Assembly: GCA_003523055.1 (NCBI GenBank)
Contig: DPHC01000002.1
Location: 282,041-346,040 of the forward strand
Origin: Dehalococcoidia bacterium
Lineage (GTDB): Bacteria > Chloroflexota > Dehalococcoidia > Lucifugimonadales > UBA3495
DNA: 64,000 nt
Reading direction: 5' to 3'
The notes under the pieces are model-generated. The model saw nothing but the letters and a program-made list of their open reading frames with translations, was not told where the DNA came from and did not search any database. Position numbers and translations under genes: made by a program. Below, piece by piece: positions 1-9,736 of the stretch. The number at the start of each line of letters is the position of its first letter. Position 1 is the stretch's first letter.

Positions 1-49
1 AAGTGGTCTCTATTCCATATGGTTTGCCCATGTCTTACTAGATATATTT

Positions 50-1315
50 TCACTCGATAACTCTTAAATCTTCGATTTCTATCTTATCCAGCTTAACTCC
101 AATTAAAGAGTTCACAGTTAATCTGATGTCGTTGATTTCTACAAATTCAGCTACTTTAGGGATTCGTCCTAATTCTTTTAATATCAAGCCTGCAACAGTT
201 TGATATTCTCCTTCCGGCAAGTGGGTGCCTAATTCTTCATTAGTATCAACAATAGTCTTATTACCGTCTATTAAATATCTATCTTTACTTAAGGAAACAA
301 AATCTTTACCCGAATCTCCTTCTTCTTCTTTAGTTTCACCTACAATAACTTCTATCAATTCTTTCAAACTGGCTATTCCGGATATACCTCCGAATTCATC
401 TACTGTTAAAACTATTGAGTACCCATGGTGCTTCATTTCGCTAAATGTGGTCCCAATTGTTTTCGTTTCTGGGACAAAAAAAGCTTCCCGCAAGTTTTCT
501 GTAATATCTTGTTCCAATAGCAATTTCTTAGTGCTCTCTTGATAAAGTATATCTTTTACCGTAAGTATCCCGATCACATTTTCTATAGTCCCTTCATACA
601 CCGGGAATCTTGAATGATTGTGTGCATTATATACGGCCAAAAAATCCTTGTACGAGGTCCCTTTAGCTATCCAAATTATTCCAGTTCTAGGAGTCATTAC
701 ATCTGAAATATGACTATCTCCGAATCTAAATATGTTTTCTAATAAATCAGCTTCTGAGGCATCTACCGATCCTTCTTGTTCGCCAATCCCAATCATCATA
801 CGTAACTCGCCTTCAGAAACAGAAATTCCTTGAGTGTCATCAATTTTGAATATATGTTTGATCATTCTTGGAACTAATGTGAACAAGAAAATCAAGAATG
901 TTTCCAAAAACATAACTGTTGCTATGGGTCGGGCTATAAATAAAGACCATTTTTCAGAGAATATAACACCAAACGTTTTTGGCGTTATTTCTCCAAAAAT
1001 GACGACTAAAATTGTCATGATAGCAGGGGCTATGAGGACAGATAAACTATTGCCGCCTAATGTTTTAATTGCTAAAGCAGTGCCGGCTGAAGAAGCAAAT
1101 ATGATGAAAGCATTCTCTGTAAGCAAAATAGTAGAGAAAAATTTCTCATGCTTTGACATAACTTTATTAAGAATTTTAGCAGACTTATTACCTTGTTCCT
1201 CTAAGTATCTGGTTCGAAATTTATTCACTGACATCATAGCTGCTTCCGCACTAGTAAATATTGCTACCATACCGATACTTAGAAGTATGAGAACTATTTG
1301 AAGTCCCATATTCAT
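50..1315 (-). CDS. CNNM / HlyC-CorC family transporter (DUF21 membrane domain + CBS pair + CorC_HlyC domain)
   Basis: Track ORF 50..1384. It has N-terminal TM helices, a CBS-like region (DVMTPRT, IGILTVKDIL) and a C-terminal transporter-associated domain (TVAGLILKELGRIP). I prefer the ATG at 1315 (MNMGLQIV) because GAGGTAGG lies about 8 nt upstream. The 1384 start has no SD. Confidence 0.85.
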   Translation of the reverse strand: MNMGLQIVLILLSIGMVAIFTSAEAAMMSVNKFRTRYLEEQGNKSAKILNKVMSKHEKFFSTILLTENAFIIFASSAGTALAIKTLGGNSLSVLIAPAIMTILVVIFGEITPKTFGVIFSEKWSLFIARPIATVMFLETFLIFLFTLVPRMIKHIFKIDDTQGISVSEGELRMMIGIGEQEGSVDASEADLLENIFRFGDSHISDVMTPRTGIIWIAKGTSYKDFLAVYNAHNHSRFPVYEGTIENVIGILTVKDILYQESTKKLLLEQDITENLREAFFVPETKTIGTTFSEMKHHGYSIVLTVDEFGGISGIASLKELIEVIVGETKEEEGDSGKDFVSLSKDRYLIDGNKTIVDTNEELGTHLPEGEYQTVAGLILKELGRIPKVAEFVEINDIRLTVNSLIGVKLDKIEIEDLRVIE

Positions 1316-1475
1316 TGAACCTACCTCTACCGAGGTACCAGAAGCATTCAACACCACAAATAACACTGAAAAATCACCTTTCATTAATAATTACAACAAA
1401 TATACCATATATACATTTTACTCATACATAAGTTAGAATTTAATTAACCATTAAATTCATAAAAGGCTAACAACA

Positions 1476-2519
1476 GTGAGTACAACCATATTAGGTATTG
1501 AAACCTCCTGTGACGACACAGCGGTATCAATCGTTCAAGACGGGAACTTAATAAAATCAAATATTATCGCTTCACAATCCGACTTACATGCACAGCATGG
1601 TGGAATAGTGCCAGAATTGGCATCGAGACAACACATCAGAGACATAATGCCTGTAATAGAAATAGCTCTTAAAGAATCCGATTTGGGACTCGATGAATTA
1701 GATATCATTGCATCAACATATGGACCCGGATTAGCTGGTTCTTTAATTACTGGGCTAAACGTAGGTAAAACACTTGCGATGTCACTTGGAAAACCATTCT
1801 ATGGAGTCAATCACTTAGAAGGACATGTATATGCTGCTTGGTTAGACAAAGAAATCGGCCCCGACCAAGAACTAGGATTCCCAATATTGTCTCTCATAGC
1901 TTCAGGAGGACACACAGACCTAGTTTTGATGACCAAACACGGTGAATACTTATTGATAGGCAACACTTTAGATGACGCTGCTGGAGAATGCTTTGATAAA
2001 GCTGCAAGGATTTTGGGGCTGGGATTTCCTGGAGGTCCGGAAATCCAGAAAATATCAGGAGATCATATAAGTGAATTAATTCTACCGAGAGCATGGCTAC
2101 GAGATACATTTAATTTTAGTTTCAGTGGTTTAAAAACTGCTGTCCTAAAAATGGCTATAGACAAACTTGTATACCCTTTCGACCAGGATTCTCTGACAGA
2201 ATTAGAACGAGGCATCCTTGTGAAAGAAATAGCATCTGCATTCCAAGAATCCGTAGTAGATATTTTGTCACAAAAAGTTCGAGATGCCGCGAAGGCATAT
2301 TCTGCGAAAGGGATTATATTAGGAGGAGGAGTGGCTGCTAATCTACCTCTTCGCCAGAGAGTTACCGATATAGCTACAGTGCCTGTATACATTCCTGAAC
2401 CAAAACTATGCACAGACAATGGCGCTATGATAGCAGCTTGTGCTTACTTCCAGCAACAACGAGAGGAACCTTGGAGTTTAACTACCGACATATTCCCAGG
2501 TTTAAAAATACATAAATAA
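1476..2519 (+). CDS. tsaD: tRNA N6-adenosine threonylcarbamoyltransferase TsaD (Kae1/Gcp family)
   Basis: 347 aa with a GTG start. Family hallmarks are GIETSCDDTAV, GVNHLEGH and SGGHT, plus a C-terminal TDNGAMIA. Confidence 0.95.
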   Translation: MSTTILGIETSCDDTAVSIVQDGNLIKSNIIASQSDLHAQHGGIVPELASRQHIRDIMPVIEIALKESDLGLDELDIIASTYGPGLAGSLITGLNVGKTLAMSLGKPFYGVNHLEGHVYAAWLDKEIGPDQELGFPILSLIASGGHTDLVLMTKHGEYLLIGNTLDDAAGECFDKAARILGLGFPGGPEIQKISGDHISELILPRAWLRDTFNFSFSGLKTAVLKMAIDKLVYPFDQDSLTELERGILVKEIASAFQESVVDILSQKVRDAAKAYSAKGIILGGGVAANLPLRQRVTDIATVPVYIPEPKLCTDNGAMIAACAYFQQQREEPWSLTTDIFPGLKIHK

Positions 2520-2530
2520 GATAGATAAAA

Positions 2531-3058
2531 TTAACTCAACAGGTTAACAACTTTATGTAAATCGTGATAATGCTTACTCCGACAAACAAAAGTATAAACT
2601 ACAGCGCCCGCATTGATTTTTAAAAGTACCTGATCTTTTTTTAAAAAATTAGAAAACACCAAACCTAAAGACACTGACAATCCAATAAGTAATAGCAAAG
2701 GACCCAGTTCCATATTTATACCAGGCAGATAAGTAGTGCTAGCAGTTTCTGTCACCCACAACGAAGCTCCTATATAAACGATCAAGGTCATTACTAGCAC
2801 AGCTAATAAACTTACTAGAGGAAACGCTTTTATCATTTTATTAATTGTTATTGCAGATATATGTTTTTTTAGCACAATATCTGTCTTTTCCACGTTGCTA
2901 CTGAATAATAATAACCGTTCTGTAGTAACAGCAATTAAAGCATTCTTACTTGTCGGTTCATTACAAATGCCTTTCTCAGCGTCACACATCAAAATAATTT
3001 CTTCAGAATTTGCTACCTGAATATTTTTTATTTTTGTTAGATATGACATTCCAGTCAT
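2531..3058 (-). CDS. hypothetical membrane protein (soluble N-terminal domain, two central TM helices)
   Basis: 175-aa ORF that fills the gap between tsaD and the ilvB leader. Hydrophobic segments are FPLVSLLAVLVMTLIVYIGA and LGPLLLLIGLSVSLGLVF. I recognise no family. Confidence 0.45.
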   Translation of the reverse strand: MTGMSYLTKIKNIQVANSEEIILMCDAEKGICNEPTSKNALIAVTTERLLLFSSNVEKTDIVLKKHISAITINKMIKAFPLVSLLAVLVMTLIVYIGASLWVTETASTTYLPGINMELGPLLLLIGLSVSLGLVFSNFLKKDQVLLKINAGAVVYTFVCRSKHYHDLHKVVNLLS

Positions 3059-3094
3059 TTTACCATTTGTCTAATATAAGTCCATATATAAACA

Positions 3095-3124
3095 TTGACA
3101 CACATTTACGCAACATGTTATCGT
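3095..3124 (+). promoter_or_regulatory. candidate sigma-70 promoter for the ilvB T-box leader
   Basis: TTGACA (3095-3100), an 18-nt spacer, then TATCGT (3119-3124). It lies just upstream of T-box Stem I. Motif match only. Confidence 0.35.
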
Positions 3125-3130
3125 TTATCT

Positions 3131-3389
3131 AAACGCGTCGAAAGAGACGAGTAGCAAGCGATATGAGTTAAGCGAGTCTGGTATGGTGTAAGCAGACACT
3201 ACAATCCTTGCGAATATCACTCTGGAGCGGCCTGCTGAAATCACAAAAGTAAGCTAGGACGGGAATCGTAATCCGTAAAATATTACGCGGCATGATAGTG
3301 TCGTTATGAAGAGGCTTTGCATAAATGCAAAGCAATTAGGGTGGTACCGCGGGAAAATCCCGTCCCTTGTATTAGGGGCGGGATTTTTT
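3131..3389 (+). promoter_or_regulatory. T-box riboswitch leader (probable Ile specifier AUC) controlling ilvB
   Basis: The conserved T-box sequence AATTAGGGTGGTACCGCG is at 3334-3351. Stem I elements are AGAGA (3143-47), AGTA (3150-53) and a distal GGTATGGTGTAA loop. Stem III is GCTTTGCA/TGCAAAGC (3314-3333). A terminator follows at 3354-3389. In my hand fold, helices GCAAG/CTTGC and AGAG/CTCT flank a specifier loop whose 3' side reads GAA-T-ATC-A. Confidence 0.85.
3354..3389 (+). terminator. intrinsic terminator of the T-box expression platform
   Basis: AAAATCCCGTCCC (3354-66) pairs with GGGGCGGGATTTT (3375-87), with one G-U pair. A T6 run follows. The 5' arm overlaps the T-box antiterminator region. 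Confidence 0.85.
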
Positions 3390-3418
3390 AATTCAAATTT
3401 GCCTCTCTGGAGATAGAA

Positions 3419-5116
3419 GTGAAACTTAAGGGCGCGGAAATAGTTTGTGAAAGTTTGATAAAAGAGGGAGTCGATGTCTTATTTGGACATCCCGGGGGAG
3501 CAATTCTTCCATTTTATGACGCTTTATGGAGTTATCCACAGCTTAAACACATTTTAGTTAGGCACGAACAATCGGCAGCTCATGCAGCTGACGGATATGC
3601 TCGCATCACTGGCAAACCAGGCGTTTGCGTAGCAACATCAGGTCCTGGAGCGACCAATCTAGTAACAGGAATAATGGGAGCAAAAGCAGATTCTGTCCCT
3701 TTAGTCGCGATTACCGGCCAAGTTGCAAGATCAGCATTGGGCTCTGAAGCATTCCAAGAATGCGATATATGTTCCATAGCAGCAGCCTGCACCAAACGAA
3801 CTTTTCTAGTTATGTCAACTGACGACCTGGCGGAAACCATACACGAAGCTTTCCAAGTTGCCCAAGAAGGCAGGCCCGGGCCTGTATTAATCGATATTCC
3901 ACGCGATGTGCAGCTAGAATTAGCAGAATTTGTTTACCCTGAAATCAAACCAGTTCAAATCCCAACAGTCAGCGCTGAAACTAAAATGAAATTACCTGAC
4001 GCAGCGCGGCTGATCAATCAAGCTGAGCGACCTGTTATTATAGCTGGACATGGCGTATTGATTTCCAAGGCAGACGAAGAACTAATACAATTATCTGACA
4101 AAACCGGCATCCCAGTAATAAATACCCTCCTAGGGTTAAGCAACTTTCCAAGAAACCATAGCATGTCATTGGGAATGCTTGGCATGCATGGAATGTACTG
4201 GTCCAATATGGCTACAGACCAAGCAGATGTAATATTTGGAGTAGGAATGCGATTCGACGACAGAGTAACAGGGAATACAGCTGCTTTCGCTCCTCATGCA
4301 AGAATTATACATCTTGATGTAGAACCCTCTCAAATTGGCAGAAATGTACCAACTGAAGTTGGATTACCTGGGGATGCTAAAGCTGTGTTAAAAGAATTAC
4401 TTCCTCTGTTAGAACAAAAAAACCACATTGAATGGGTAGAATCCATAAATAGAATAAAAGAAGAACATCCTTCGTTAGCTATTCCAAAAACAGACAAACT
4501 ACTGGCACAACATGTTTTAAAAGACTTAAATGAAATAATACAAAAAAACCCAAACACTAATGTAGTTACAGGAGTTGGACAGCATCAAATGTGGGCTGCT
4601 CAATTCTTGTTTTTAGACAAATTCAACACGTTTATATCTTCTGGAGGATTAGGAGCTATGGGGTTTGAAATACCAGCCGCATTGGGAGCACAAGTTGCTG
4701 CTCCGGATTCTACTGTGTGGACTATAGCGGGAGATGGAGGATTCCAAATGACATTACAAGAGCTCATGGTTCTTGCACATGAGAATCTCCCAGTAAAAAT
4801 AGTATTATTGAACAATGGTGTACTTGGTATGGTAAAACAATGGCAAGAGATGTATTTCGATGGTCATTTAAATCAAATACCTATGCCTGGCCCGAATTAC
4901 GTAAAACTTGCTGAATCTTACGGTATCCCTGCAGTTCGTGTAACTGAACAAGAAGACGTTTACCAGGCGTTGTTACAAGCTGAACAGCACGATGGGCCAT
5001 ATTTAGTAGAATGCGTTATAGATCCATCAGTAAACGTCTTCCCGATGGTTCCTCCTGGTGGATCTTTACCTGATACATTAGAAGATCCATTAACTAGTGC
5101 AACTTCACCTAATTAA
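3419..5116 (+). CDS. ilvB: acetolactate synthase (acetohydroxyacid synthase) large/catalytic subunit, ThDP-dependent
   Basis: 565 aa with a GTG start. N-terminus is KGAEIVCESLIKEGVDVLFGHPGGAILPFYDAL. The ThDP motif is GDGGFQMTLQEL...NNGVLGMV. It lies downstream of a branched-chain-type T-box. Confidence 0.92.
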   Translation: MKLKGAEIVCESLIKEGVDVLFGHPGGAILPFYDALWSYPQLKHILVRHEQSAAHAADGYARITGKPGVCVATSGPGATNLVTGIMGAKADSVPLVAITGQVARSALGSEAFQECDICSIAAACTKRTFLVMSTDDLAETIHEAFQVAQEGRPGPVLIDIPRDVQLELAEFVYPEIKPVQIPTVSAETKMKLPDAARLINQAERPVIIAGHGVLISKADEELIQLSDKTGIPVINTLLGLSNFPRNHSMSLGMLGMHGMYWSNMATDQADVIFGVGMRFDDRVTGNTAAFAPHARIIHLDVEPSQIGRNVPTEVGLPGDAKAVLKELLPLLEQKNHIEWVESINRIKEEHPSLAIPKTDKLLAQHVLKDLNEIIQKNPNTNVVTGVGQHQMWAAQFLFLDKFNTFISSGGLGAMGFEIPAALGAQVAAPDSTVWTIAGDGGFQMTLQELMVLAHENLPVKIVLLNNGVLGMVKQWQEMYFDGHLNQIPMPGPNYVKLAESYGIPAVRVTEQEDVYQALLQAEQHDGPYLVECVIDPSVNVFPMVPPGGSLPDTLEDPLTSATSPN

Positions 5117-5155
5117 AGTTAATATGTAGAAAATAACATTGAACTAAAAGAGGAT

Positions 5156-5599
5156 ATGATGGCAGAAATAGTCAGCATACAAGATGCGTCCAGGCTACTT
5201 AATGTTTCAAAGAGAGTGATCAGACAATACATAAGAGACGGCAAGTTGAAAGGATTCAGGCAAGAAAATGAACTTGGTAGAAGTTCATGGGTAGTAGAAA
5301 TTCCTGAAGGTGAATGGATAGACGAATACCGTGAGCACATATATACAGTAGGCGCACAAACCACTCCTTGGTGGAAACAGACGCTGGGTGATTCAGGCGT
5401 AGTGCACTATGTAGCTAGTATAGGTATTGAAGAAGTGTACCCTCTTTTTTTATGTGGCGAATATGGCAGAGACCTATATCCTGCAACCGGCCACACAGAA
5501 TCTGACAGATGCGAACTATGTTTAAAAACTGCAGTCGAAAGGAAGTTACCTTTAGAATTTATGAGTCCCGAATCTTATAGCTCCGATAGACTAGGTTAA
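5156..5599 (+). CDS. hypothetical protein with N-terminal excisionase/MerR-like HTH and a Cys/His-containing C-terminal region
   Basis: 147 aa with an AGAGGA SD before ATGATG. The HTH-like segment is VSIQDASRLLNVSKRVIRQYIRDGKL. The C-terminal part has CGEY...H-x5-C-x2-C. No family assignment beyond the HTH. Confidence 0.5.
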   Translation: MMAEIVSIQDASRLLNVSKRVIRQYIRDGKLKGFRQENELGRSSWVVEIPEGEWIDEYREHIYTVGAQTTPWWKQTLGDSGVVHYVASIGIEEVYPLFLCGEYGRDLYPATGHTESDRCELCLKTAVERKLPLEFMSPESYSSDRLG

Positions 5600-5626
5600 T
5601 TCAACTTGAAAGAGCCCTATTAAAAA

Positions 5627-6754
5627 ATGCAACATGAACTAGAAATAATTGGCATGATTGGTACACAAAAAGAAGAAAATAGCCAATCAGGTGCTTCTCT
5701 CAGTGTATTTGGTGGAGTTATCAATCCTGGCAGTGAGATACCTGTTGGATTGGATAAGTCTTATATATCAGAATTTTCAAAAGCTCATGAGACAAGCGGT
5801 TTCGATAAAGTTTTAATAGGTTATTCAGCCGTTACCCCTGATGGATTCGCAGTAGCATCTTACGCAGCTTCTGAAACAACAACGTTGGGCTTTTTAATAG
5901 CACATAGATCTGGGTTTGTAGCACCAACATTAGCAGCCAGGTTAACCGCTACTCTAGATCAACTCACAGACGGAAGAATAGCGTTACATGTTATTTCCGG
6001 TGGTAGTGATGCTGACCAACATAGAGACGGAGATTGGCTTAGCCACGACGAACGTTACAAAAGAACATCTGAGTATATACAAATATTGAAAAACACCTGG
6101 ACATCTAAAACTCCATTCAACTTTAACGGTGAATTTTATACAATAGAAAACGGATATAGTGAAATCAAACCTTATCACACTACGTCTATTCCCCTATACT
6201 TCGGAGGAGCCTCTTCTATAGCAAATACTATTGGAGGCCTATATGCAGATGTATATGCTTTATGGGGAGAACCACTGGAATCAATAAAAGAGCAAATACA
6301 AACAATTACTGCTATAGGATCCAACCGGGCTACTAAAATACAATTCAGCCTATCAGTGAGACCTATAATAGCAAAAACAGAAAAACTGGCGTGGGAAAAA
6401 GCCAACAGCATCTTAGAAAAAGTCAAACAAACTCTTGGGAATACATTAAAGTCAGGAGAATCTTCTCGCCCACAATCCATGGGATCACGCCGAGTTTTAG
6501 ACCATGCATTATCTCAGGATACTTACGACTCTCGTCTTTGGATGCCAATTGCCTTAGCAAGTGGGGCGTCAGGTAGTACTACAGCTTTAGTAGGTACCTC
6601 TGAACAAGTAGTAGACTCATTAATTGAATACTACAAGCTTGGTTGTTCGAAATTTATAATCAGGGGGTTTGATCCTCTGTCTGATACCATAGAATACGGC
6701 CATGAATTAATTCCTATGCTAAAAGAAAAAGTTTCTTTATTAAGTGAGTTGTGA
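5627..6754 (+). CDS. LLM-class (luciferase-like) flavin-dependent monooxygenase/oxidoreductase
   Basis: 375 aa. Luciferase-like features (SsuD-like size class) are TLDQLTDGRIALHVISG and YFGGAS, plus a C-terminal TIM-barrel-type region. Confidence 0.85.
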   Translation: MQHELEIIGMIGTQKEENSQSGASLSVFGGVINPGSEIPVGLDKSYISEFSKAHETSGFDKVLIGYSAVTPDGFAVASYAASETTTLGFLIAHRSGFVAPTLAARLTATLDQLTDGRIALHVISGGSDADQHRDGDWLSHDERYKRTSEYIQILKNTWTSKTPFNFNGEFYTIENGYSEIKPYHTTSIPLYFGGASSIANTIGGLYADVYALWGEPLESIKEQIQTITAIGSNRATKIQFSLSVRPIIAKTEKLAWEKANSILEKVKQTLGNTLKSGESSRPQSMGSRRVLDHALSQDTYDSRLWMPIALASGASGSTTALVGTSEQVVDSLIEYYKLGCSKFIIRGFDPLSDTIEYGHELIPMLKEKVSLLSEL

Positions 6755-6755
6755 T

Positions 6756-8168
6756 TTAACCACCGCCACCTGAAACTTCCAAACTAGGTTTGGTCATTTC
6801 TTCAGGATTCAATAGTTCATTAAGCTTTTCATCAGTAAGGTCAGTTTTTAATTTAGCAATTTCTCTGATAGTAGCGCCTTCTTTAGCAGCCGTCTTAGCT
6901 ATATCAGCGGCCATATCATATCCGATTTCTGGAGCCAAGGCAGTTCCTAACATCAACCCTCGTTCTACCATATCAGGTCCTGTTGTTGTACTTTCGATTC
7001 CATCAACACACTGAACAGCAAAATTGTTAGCTGACGAGGACAATAACGATATACTCTGTAAAAGGTTAAACGCCACTACTGGCATCATAGTATTTAATTC
7101 GAAATACCCACCTTGTCCCGAAACTGCAATAGTTGTGTCATTCCCATACACTTGCGCTACTACTTGTATTACAGATTCAGATATTACAGGGTTTATCTTA
7201 CCTGGCATAATGGAGCTTCCTGGCTGTACTTCTGGTAAAGTAATTTCTCCTATTCCTGATCGAGGGCCACAAGCCATAAATCGTATATCGTTTGCAATTT
7301 TATGAAAACTAGTGGCTATAGATCTGAGAATTCCACTAGCCTCCACAGCAGCATCTAATGCCGCTTGGGCTTGGAAATGATTGTCCGTCTCACGTACTTC
7401 TATTCCAGCTACGTCTGATATTATTTTACAGACTCTACTTGAGAATTCTGGGTGAGTGTTAACTCCTGTGCCAACTGCCGTACCTCCCAGCGCAACTTCA
7501 CTCAAAGCTTGTTGTATTCGCCCTATTCTTACTAAGGCATTTGAAGCTTGGCCAGCAAATCCTAAAAATTCTTGTCCTAATCTTATTGGTGTAGCATCTT
7601 GCAAATGCGTCCTTCCTGTCTTAATCACATCCCAAAATTCTTCAGATTTTTTTGATAACGATCTGTTAAGAGTGTCAATTCCTGGCACAAGCTTTTCTTT
7701 AATGGCTATGAGTGACGAAACATGGATTGCAGTCGGGATAACGTCATTAGAAGATTGTCCTAGATTAACATGGTCATTTGGGTGAACTATTTTAGAGCCT
7801 AATTCTCCTCCTAAAATTTGTGAAGCTCTATTAGCTATCACTTCATTGGCATTAGTGTTCGTTGATGTTCCTGAGCCTGTTTGGAAAATATCTAAAACAA
7901 AATGATCATCTAATTTACCATCTATGACTTCTTGCGCTGCTTCAACGATAGCATTACCTATTCTAGAGTCCAAAAAGGTCAGTGCCATATTGGCTTTAGC
8001 AGCTGATTGCTTTATCAATCCTAACGCTAAGACAAAATCTCTAGAGAACTTCAAATCGCTAATTGGGAAGTTTAACACCGCGCGCATTGTAGATGCTCCA
8101 TACAATGCATTAATCGGTACCTCCATTTCTCCCATTGAATCTTTTTCTATTCTAATTTCATTACTCAT
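6756..8168 (-). CDS. aspA: aspartate ammonia-lyase / class II fumarase superfamily lyase (aspartase-like)
   Basis: 470 aa. The SS-loop signature is GSSIMPGKINPV. It also has TGRTHLQDATPIRLGQEF and GQSSNDVIPTA. The N-terminus (MSNEIRIEKD...NFPIS) and NPVISE resemble aspartases more than FumC, but the call between aspartase and fumarase is not secure. Confidence 0.6.
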   Translation of the reverse strand: MSNEIRIEKDSMGEMEVPINALYGASTMRAVLNFPISDLKFSRDFVLALGLIKQSAAKANMALTFLDSRIGNAIVEAAQEVIDGKLDDHFVLDIFQTGSGTSTNTNANEVIANRASQILGGELGSKIVHPNDHVNLGQSSNDVIPTAIHVSSLIAIKEKLVPGIDTLNRSLSKKSEEFWDVIKTGRTHLQDATPIRLGQEFLGFAGQASNALVRIGRIQQALSEVALGGTAVGTGVNTHPEFSSRVCKIISDVAGIEVRETDNHFQAQAALDAAVEASGILRSIATSFHKIANDIRFMACGPRSGIGEITLPEVQPGSSIMPGKINPVISESVIQVVAQVYGNDTTIAVSGQGGYFELNTMMPVVAFNLLQSISLLSSSANNFAVQCVDGIESTTTGPDMVERGLMLGTALAPEIGYDMAADIAKTAAKEGATIREIAKLKTDLTDEKLNELLNPEEMTKPSLEVSGGGG

Positions 8169-8185
8169 TTCAAATACCTATCATA

Positions 8186-9736
8186 TTATTTTTTGTTTTT
8201 AATCCAATCTGAAACCTTTTCTGCAATCATCATTGTAGTGGCGTTAGTGTTAGCTCGAATTACATCTGGCATTACCGACGCATCCACAACTCTTAGGTTT
8301 TCCATTCCATGAACTCTACAATATTGATCCACTACAGCGGTGCCATCTTCTTTTGGTCCCATTTTACATGTACCTGATGAGTGATGTTGTGTGTATACAT
8401 TTTTCATTAACCATTCATTTTGCGTGTCTTCATCTTTCAAATCGTTATCCGTAGGGCTTAATATATCCAAAATGTGGCTTTTCAATGGTTCACTTTTTAG
8501 AATATCTAGCACTATACCTAAACCTTCTCTCATGCGGGCTTTATCATAATCTTCATTTAAATAATTATAATTGATATTTGGCTGTACTGATGGGTCAGAT
8601 GAATTCAACGTTAATTCTCCAAATCCGATAGCGTTTTGTAAAGCAAAGCTTATACCGAAATGATAATCATCTGTTTCAATTTTTACACTAGACGGTGCAT
8701 GTTCGCTTGACATCAAGATAGGTGCTATCTGCAAATCAGCTCTAGTGTCAGAATTCGCAGGGCTGCATCGTAAACCTACCTGTATGTTGGGTGTATCAGT
8801 ATCTAAAAGTGGGCCATCTCCTTTTAGCAACACAAATGCTGCAGGATGATCTCTTAAATTTTTCCCTACTCCTGGGATTTCTTTTATGATATCAATGCCT
8901 TGCTTCGACAATACGTCTGCTGGACCAACTCCAGAAAGCATCAACAGCTGAGGTGACGCAATAGCTCCACTTGAAACAATTATCTCTTCTCCATTTAACG
9001 TGAATATTTCTCCATCGCTTTCTGCATCTATACCTATAGCTCTAACGCCATCAAAGTTAATACGCCTAACTAATACATTACCTCTAACAGTCAGATTAGG
9101 CCTATGTCTAGACAAACTTAAATAGGTGAAAGCAGTACTCATTCTCACTCCGTCGATGTTATTCAAAGCTCTCATTCCAATTCCTTCTGATTCAGGAGAA
9201 TTTTGGTCATTATCTTCAGAGAAACCAACAGAAGCGCATGATTCATAAAATTTACTGAACGATGGTAGTAAATCCTTTTTTTTATATCTACGTACTGGTA
9301 TTGGCCCATCATTACCATGTATGTCACTTGAGTCAAAATCCAAGTCATTTTCTAATTTTCTAAAATAAGGCAGTACTTTATTAAAAGACCATTCGGAATT
9401 ACCCCACTCTGCCCAGTTGTCGTAATCTTCAGGGACTCCTCTAAATACTACCTGTCCATTAATAGAACTTGACCCACCTGTAACTTTACCTCTAGGAATA
9501 ATAATAGGTTCTGTTTGCTGAGGGGTCGCCGTAGCCAAATAACCCCAACTGTGTGGCCCATACGCTGATCTCCACATATTATTACCCAATTTTACATCGT
9601 CTGGAACCGTATCAAAATTGGGGTAATCAGGACCAGCTTCAAGCAGCAAAACTGATACATCTGGATCCTCTGTTAATCTGGTTGCTAACACACAACCTGC
9701 AGAACCCGCGCCTATAATTATAAAGTCGTATTTCAT
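8186..9736 (-). CDS. GMC family FAD-dependent oxidoreductase (choline/alcohol dehydrogenase-like), downstream copy
   Basis: 516 aa. The FAD fold is IIIGAGSAGCVLA, followed by GGSSSINGQV. The C-terminal active-site region is HHSSGTCKMG. Its start overlaps the stop of the upstream paralog (TAATG). Confidence 0.9.
   Translation of the reverse strand: MKYDFIIIGAGSAGCVLATRLTEDPDVSVLLLEAGPDYPNFDTVPDDVKLGNNMWRSAYGPHSWGYLATATPQQTEPIIIPRGKVTGGSSSINGQVVFRGVPEDYDNWAEWGNSEWSFNKVLPYFRKLENDLDFDSSDIHGNDGPIPVRRYKKKDLLPSFSKFYESCASVGFSEDNDQNSPESEGIGMRALNNIDGVRMSTAFTYLSLSRHRPNLTVRGNVLVRRINFDGVRAIGIDAESDGEIFTLNGEEIIVSSGAIASPQLLMLSGVGPADVLSKQGIDIIKEIPGVGKNLRDHPAAFVLLKGDGPLLDTDTPNIQVGLRCSPANSDTRADLQIAPILMSSEHAPSSVKIETDDYHFGISFALQNAIGFGELTLNSSDPSVQPNINYNYLNEDYDKARMREGLGIVLDILKSEPLKSHILDILSPTDNDLKDEDTQNEWLMKNVYTQHHSSGTCKMGPKEDGTAVVDQYCRVHGMENLRVVDASVMPDVIRANTNATTMMIAEKVSDWIKNKK

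Noticed and set aside
1-49. Possible start of another minus-strand gene (ATG at 30, MGKPYGIETT...) running off the left edge
   Set aside because: Only about 10 codons are visible and there is no SD. It cannot be supported from this window.
834-1301. 155-aa plus-strand ORF, plus similar shadow ORFs at 225..542, 25863..26366, 27126..27629 and 28606..29076
   Set aside because: All lie fully inside, and antisense to, confidently identified genes (CorC-family, carboxyltransferase, folP, groL).
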